Assembly (NCBI GenBank): GCA_044892505.1
Contig: CM097882.1
Coordinates: 167,586,001 to 167,649,856, forward strand
From: Schmidtea nova
Taxonomy: Eukaryota
Reading direction: 5' to 3'
DNA length: 63,856 nt
Positions 62,001 to 63,856 of this stretch are shown here, one piece after another; position 1 is the first letter of the stretch, and each line of letters opens with the position of its first letter. The position numbers were made by a program, and so were the translations under genes. The notes under the pieces are model-generated. The model ran no database searches and was not told where the DNA came from. It saw nothing but the letters and a program-made list of their open reading frames with translations.

Positions 62001-63809
62001 CATTCGTCTTGTATAATTCAATTTATCGGTATCCATGAAAATTTTCCAAAGAAAACTGCTTAGAAATATCAAATATTTATAAATGTTTGAAATATAAAAG
62101 TATATTATTATACATATTTGAATATTAGTTGCAGCCAAATAGTGCAAGTGGTTCAGGGGCTTTAGAGCACGATGCGACGGCTCTTTTTCTAAGCGTTTCG
62201 TCTATATGTAAAGTAAGTTAACTTTTTTTTGCAATTTTACTAAGTTTGTATTAAATAAACTTTAGGTTAAAGGAATAGTAACCTATCCTTCTCCTTTACC
62301 ATTAGGTGTTGCAGTAATTGATTCATCAGTTCAATTATTTGGAATTCTTTTTCCAAAAATTCAATCTAAACATCGGCTTCAAATATTAGAACATTTTTCA
62401 GAATGTATTCGACAGGCAAAGTCCTTCCGACAGCAGGCAACTCAAATGAATATTTTTACAGCAGTTCTTTGTGCAATGCGTCGACTGGCTGAAACTAAAT
62501 CGTCTTTTGGAAGCGAACATAATCTAAAGAAGGAAGCCGTAACTTTAATATTTGTAAGATTTATTTTTTCTCAATTAGTTTTTAATTAAAATCTTAGGGT
62601 TCGCTAATAAACCAGAATCCAATTCTTCGATGTGCTGCTGGAGAATGTCTCGGAAGAATGGCACAAGTTATTGGTGATAGTAGTTTTATTGCCGAAATGG
62701 CGCAGTACAGTTTTGATCGGTTAAAAGCCGTGCGCGATGTGACTAATCGAACTGGTTATTCTCTCGCTTTAGGCTGTCTTCATAGATACGTTGGAAGTCT
62801 TGGTTCCGGGCAGCATTTGAGTACAAGTGTTGGTATTTTACTAGCTTTGGCCCAGGATACTAATTCTCCTGTTGTACAAGTAATCAGTATTCCTTTTTAT
62901 TAGTATTAATATTCATTTTCTATTCAAGGTTTGGTCTTTACACGCTCTGGCCCTCATTGCTGATTCTGGTGGACCGATGTTTGGAAATTATTTGGAATTG
63001 ACAATGAATTTGATTTTATCACTTTTATTAAATACTCCACCATCTCTAATTGATGTTCATCAGTGTTTAGGTAAAGTTCTTGGTGCTTTAATTACAACAC
63101 TTGGTCCAGAATTGCAAGGTATNNNNNNNNNNNNNNNNNNNNNNNNNNNNNNNNNNNNNNNNNNNNNNNNNNNNNNNNNNNNNNNNNNNNNNNNNNNNNN
63201 NNNNNNNNNNNNNNNNNNNNNNNNNNNNNNNNNNNNNNNNNNNNNNNNNNNNNNNNNNNNNNNNNNNNNNNNNNCAGTTTACGAATGTCATGCACCGTTA
63301 GTTGCTCTATTCTACAAGGACATCCGGATTCTCTTGTTCAAGCCGAAGCAGTATCATGTTTGCAACAATTACACATGTTTGCACCCAAACATGTCAATCT
63401 ATCTTCTTTGATTCCTCATCTTTATGAAGGTCTTTCTAGTCCCCATTTATTGTTGAGACGAGCTGTTGTAGCATGTTTGCGTCAATTGGCTCAGAAAGAA
63501 GACCCTAAAGAATTGGAAGAGGTTATATCACATATTATTCGTGATCAATCAAATAATAGAAAAGATGCGAAACAATCACAAAGAAATCAGTCTGTTGGAA
63601 AATCAGTTAGATCTGATCCAACTGCATCTGATATCCTTCAAGCTGCTTTACTGTCAAAAGGTTTAGAGGGTGCATTATTTCAGCTGTTGGATTTTGAACA
63701 GGATCACAAATTATGTTCTGATTTGCAAGATACACTGTTATGTCTATTACAATCTCAAGGAGAAGATCAATTAACAAAATGGTTGCAGTTATTGAAAGAA
63801 GTCATTCAA
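32334..63809 (+). CDS. HEATR5B: HEAT repeat-containing protein 5 (HEATR5B-like), 5' part; gene continues beyond the window
   Basis: Exons 32334-32459, 32510-32824, 43322-43477, 48185-48350, 49861-50030, 50275-50677, 50938-51212, 52316-52543, 53090-53336, 59651-59814, 62129-62212, 62266-62553, 62598-62879, 62929-63118 and (start in gap) ~63275-63809. Phases are consistent. N-terminus [11 protein letters not shown]...[17 protein letters not shown] and motifs [47 protein letters not shown] match HEATR5. Confidence 0.96.
32510..32824 (+). CDS. HEATR5B: HEATR5B exon 2
   Basis: SPGPSTR...[14 protein letters not shown]...GRMVG. Confidence 0.94.
32950..33210. mobile_element. MITE with 34-bp TIRs
   Basis: cgatggttcaaaggtaaaagtcactaactacatt / aatgtagttagcgacttttacctttgaaccatcg (1 mismatch). 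Confidence 0.85.
35380..37150 (-). mobile_element. Decayed mariner related to 22491-23782, split by an insert of about 0.8 kb
   Basis: 35380-36010 parallels the C-terminal half and 36830-37150 the N-terminal half of the 22.5-kb copy. Confidence 0.75.
39960..40606 (-). mobile_element. mariner N-terminal remnant with one TIR
   Basis: [32 protein letters not shown]...RTVRFWF, degenerate RIV.YDEKWI, TIR-like ttaggttataaagtatg. Confidence 0.8.
41254..41781 (-). pseudogene. PSMA6: Intronless proteasome subunit alpha type-6 copy; 3' end runs into an N gap
   Basis: [43 protein letters not shown]. Lacks the YKYGY segment and has a stop at 41254-41256 before the normal C-terminus. Confidence 0.9.
42253..43137 (-). 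pseudogene. Intronless KIAA2026/BRD10-like bromodomain copy (266-aa open ORF 42337-43137, plus a further in-frame segment past one stop)
   Basis: Bromodomain PFLNPID...[25 protein letters not shown] and [13 protein letters not shown]...YDSW resemble recalled KIAA2026 ADFRLML and IVFYELERCLLMP...YRTW. Bromodomain is secure; the ortholog call is moderate. Confidence 0.75.
43135..43174 (-). other. Planarian-type spliced-leader (SL) exon, 40 nt, fused to the bromodomain ORF
   Basis: Minus strand GCCGTTAGAAGGTCTTATCACTAACTCTAATTAATTTATG. The first 19 nt match the recalled Schmidtea SL GCCGTTAGACGGTCTTATC at 18/19. It ends in ATG like flatworm SLs and is followed by coding sequence, not a GT donor. 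Confidence 0.88.
43322..43477 (+). CDS. HEATR5B: HEATR5B exon 3
   Basis: [13 protein letters not shown]...[12 protein letters not shown]; absent from the ORF track. Confidence 0.92.
45898..46775 (+). pseudogene. PKM: Processed pyruvate kinase pseudogene (N-terminal half, frameshifted, with deletions)
   Basis: [56 protein letters not shown] and ISKIEN in colinear order, no introns. Confidence 0.92.
47029..47064. repeat. (AAT)n microsatellite
   Basis: Directly visible. Confidence 0.9.
48185..48350 (+). CDS. HEATR5B: HEATR5B exon 4
   Basis: [14 protein letters not shown]. Confidence 0.93.
48780..49264. repeat. Long near-perfect palindrome (foldback element), arms about 240 bp, bounded by N gaps
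   Basis: The left arm is the reverse complement of the right arm with only a few mismatches; centre near 49040. Confidence 0.95.
49691..49804. repeat. Short hairpin inverted repeat
   Basis: aataagtaacaaaataagcctttgctgcaaaaataat / attatttttgcaacaaaggcttattttgttacttgttt. Confidence 0.85.
49861..50030 (+). CDS. HEATR5B: HEATR5B exon 5
   Basis: Phase-consistent; ends EVRVGTTH with gttagt donor. Confidence 0.88.
50275..50677 (+). CDS. HEATR5B: HEATR5B exon 6
   Basis: [36 protein letters not shown]. Confidence 0.93.
50938..51212 (+). CDS. HEATR5B: HEATR5B exon 7
   Basis: [23 protein letters not shown]. Confidence 0.93.
52316..52543 (+). CDS. HEATR5B: HEATR5B exon 8
   Basis: LLLWRNAFP...RGDAVTWQ. 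Confidence 0.93.
53090..53336 (+). CDS. HEATR5B: HEATR5B exon 9
   Basis: [10 protein letters not shown]...[16 protein letters not shown]. Confidence 0.93.
54129..54725 (+). mobile_element. hAT Charlie/ZBED5-like non-autonomous remnant
   Basis: cagtgatctccaaa terminus; [25 protein letters not shown] dimerisation-domain motif. Confidence 0.8.
56663..56763. repeat. Short hairpin inverted repeat
   Basis: About 48-bp imperfect arms around a 4-nt loop (aaaaaggca acgc tgcctttt). Confidence 0.8.
59651..59814 (+). CDS. HEATR5B: HEATR5B exon 10
   Basis: [14 protein letters not shown]...[15 protein letters not shown]; absent from the ORF track. Confidence 0.94.
60052..60283. mobile_element. piggyBac-type MITE
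   Basis: TTAA|cccgttaacgccca ... tgggctataacggg|TTAA. Confidence 0.8.
60426..60666. mobile_element. piggyBac-type MITE
   Basis: TTAA|ctctttgaggcatgg ... ccatgccccaaagag|TTAA. Confidence 0.82.
62129..62212 (+). CDS. HEATR5B: HEATR5B exon 11
   Basis: [15 protein letters not shown]. Confidence 0.93.
62266..62553 (+). CDS. HEATR5B: HEATR5B exon 12
   Basis: [17 protein letters not shown]...[10 protein letters not shown]. Confidence 0.93.
62598..62879 (+). CDS. HEATR5B: HEATR5B exon 13
   Basis: [18 protein letters not shown]...LALAQD. Confidence 0.94.
62929..63118 (+). CDS. HEATR5B: HEATR5B exon 14
   Basis: [17 protein letters not shown]...GPELQ. Confidence 0.93.
63275..63809 (+). CDS. HEATR5B: HEATR5B exon 15 (true start hidden in N gap; 3' donor approximate)
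   Basis: [43 protein letters not shown]; likely donor caa|gtgaat. Confidence 0.88.
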
Positions 63810-63856
63810 GTGAATTACTAATTAATTAATTAAAAATTTTATGGTTTAATTAATTA

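Noticed and set aside
63275-63277. cag after the gap as acceptor for HEATR5B exon 15
   Set aside because: With phase 1 it gives the wrong frame (VYECHAP); the real acceptor must be inside the gap.
16485-63411. Many ORF-track entries made mostly of X
   Set aside because: They are artefacts of N gaps, not coding evidence.
1-63856. tRNA, rRNA and CRISPR arrays
   Set aside because: No cloverleaf, rRNA-like or repeat-spacer structure was found by eye; a tRNAscan or Infernal run would be needed to exclude them fully.

Overview
AT-rich animal genomic DNA with N gaps. It is most likely from a freshwater planarian (triclad flatworm), inferred from a planarian-type spliced-leader sequence, 39-53 bp minimal introns and flatworm-like proteins. 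Two + strand multi-exon host genes occupy the window: the 3' part of glycogen synthase (7 exons, 6278-30136) and the 5' part of HEATR5B (15 exons, 32334 to about 63809, continuing past the window). All fully visible exons join in frame at GT-AG boundaries. The large introns hold TE debris: an integrase-deleted Gypsy element with LTRs and TSD, mariners, piggyBacs, hAT, pogo/Tigger and Helitron remnants, and a family of long palindromic foldback elements. They also hold several intronless copies of cellular mRNAs. The best observation is a minus-strand cassette in HEATR5B intron 2. There a 40-nt spliced-leader (SL) exon ending in ATG is fused in frame to a KIAA2026/BRD10-like bromodomain ORF, followed by a G/T-skewed linker and a PSMA6 copy, which points to a retroposed, trans-spliced multi-gene chimera. 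A second chimera (claudin-like plus ZSWIM4/5/6-like, running into a Tigger end) and a pyruvate kinase pseudogene are also present. Family assignments come from recalled motifs, not database searches.
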